The notes beneath the pieces were generated by a model. The model was not told where the DNA came from, made no database searches, and worked only from the letters and a program-made list of their open reading frames with translations. From Octopus sinensis (taxonomy: Eukaryota): 64,000 nucleotides of DNA. Positions 63,447 to 64,000 of the stretch are shown here, piece by piece. A program made the translations under genes and the position numbers. Numbering within the stretch: the first letter of the stretch is position 1; each line of letters begins with the position of its first letter. Location of the stretch: positions 26,288,001 through 26,352,000 of the forward strand of contig NC_043010.1 of the NCBI RefSeq assembly GCF_006345805.1, read 5' to 3'.

Positions 63447-64000
63447 ATGGAGTTCGACTTGGTGTCGAGGAGTGACTTTCCCGTGATGGGAAAAGGTGAA
63501 CAAAAGGATACCGAAGTCAAAAAACAGTCTTTTTCGGCCGCAGTGGGCGGAACCGTAACGGATGTAGAATTCAAGATTGAACAGTTATTCGAATACCGGA
63601 ACTTGGTAAAAACGGAAGGCAATGAAATTAAACTGGTACCGCCGCAAGCGAAGGTACAGGAAATAAAGGCAAAGACAGTTGTATACAAAGTTTATAGCAA
63701 CAAAGAAAAAAAATAATGGATGTCAAGAACGAGATAGTAGAAAAGTGCTTGTCCTCGGTGTGGAACAAAATTCGCCACGTTGTTCGAGGTGCTCGCAGCG
63801 CTACCGTTGAAGCACATTCCGACTCGGCTGATGTGGCAAGAGAGGTGTCATCAATGACCTTGAAAAATGAGGATATCATGTTGCTACCTTCGTATATGGG
63901 AAAAAGAACAGCCAAACTACATGTAGAGGATATACCAAGAGGGTATGATATAATGTGGGTAGCAGCGGCAGTCCTGCACAACGTAGAGCGGGAAGTTTCA
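63447..64000 (+). pseudogene. Probable Tx1-like ORF1 N-terminal region, one frameshift in an A-run near 63710, running off the window
   Basis: MEFDLVSRSD..VYKVYSNKEKK continues as IMDVKNEIVEKCL..RGARSATVE..LLPSYMGKRTAKLHVEDIP. Normal amino-acid composition and retroelement context; the family call is inference. Confidence 0.6.

Overview
This is AT-rich eukaryotic (animal) DNA saturated with microsatellites ((TA)n, (CA)n, (TAGA)n, (TACA)n, (GA)n) and interspersed repeats. The SINE families resemble those I associate with Octopus genomes (inference from recalled repeats; not database-checked). No host protein-coding gene can be called with confidence, and nearly all listed ORFs are translations of microsatellites or repeats. 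The window holds two abundant tRNA-headed SINE families, a CR1/L2-group LINE fragment, Tx1/L1-group LINE pieces, four decayed Tc1/mariner elements plus mariner, hAT and piggyBac-type MITEs, three non-autonomous Helitrons, two GG..CC MITEs with 8-bp TSDs carrying TTAGGG repeats, and many Penelope-like element (PLE) remnants. The most notable signal is about a dozen type-I hammerhead ribozyme motifs of at least five sequence families, mostly set in (TA)n tracts. Several have long stem II (55-99 nt) and palindromic stem III, and several sit in small non-coding foldback units. Also notable: both SINE families have a candidate partner LINE in the window (shared 3' tails), a Tx1 copy with a 19-bp TSD lands in an inverted repeat just upstream of another Tx1-like ORF1, there is an indel-free 127-nt hairpin at 40.1 kb, and there are apparent CpG-decay (methylation) domain boundaries near 2.7 kb and 47.8 kb.
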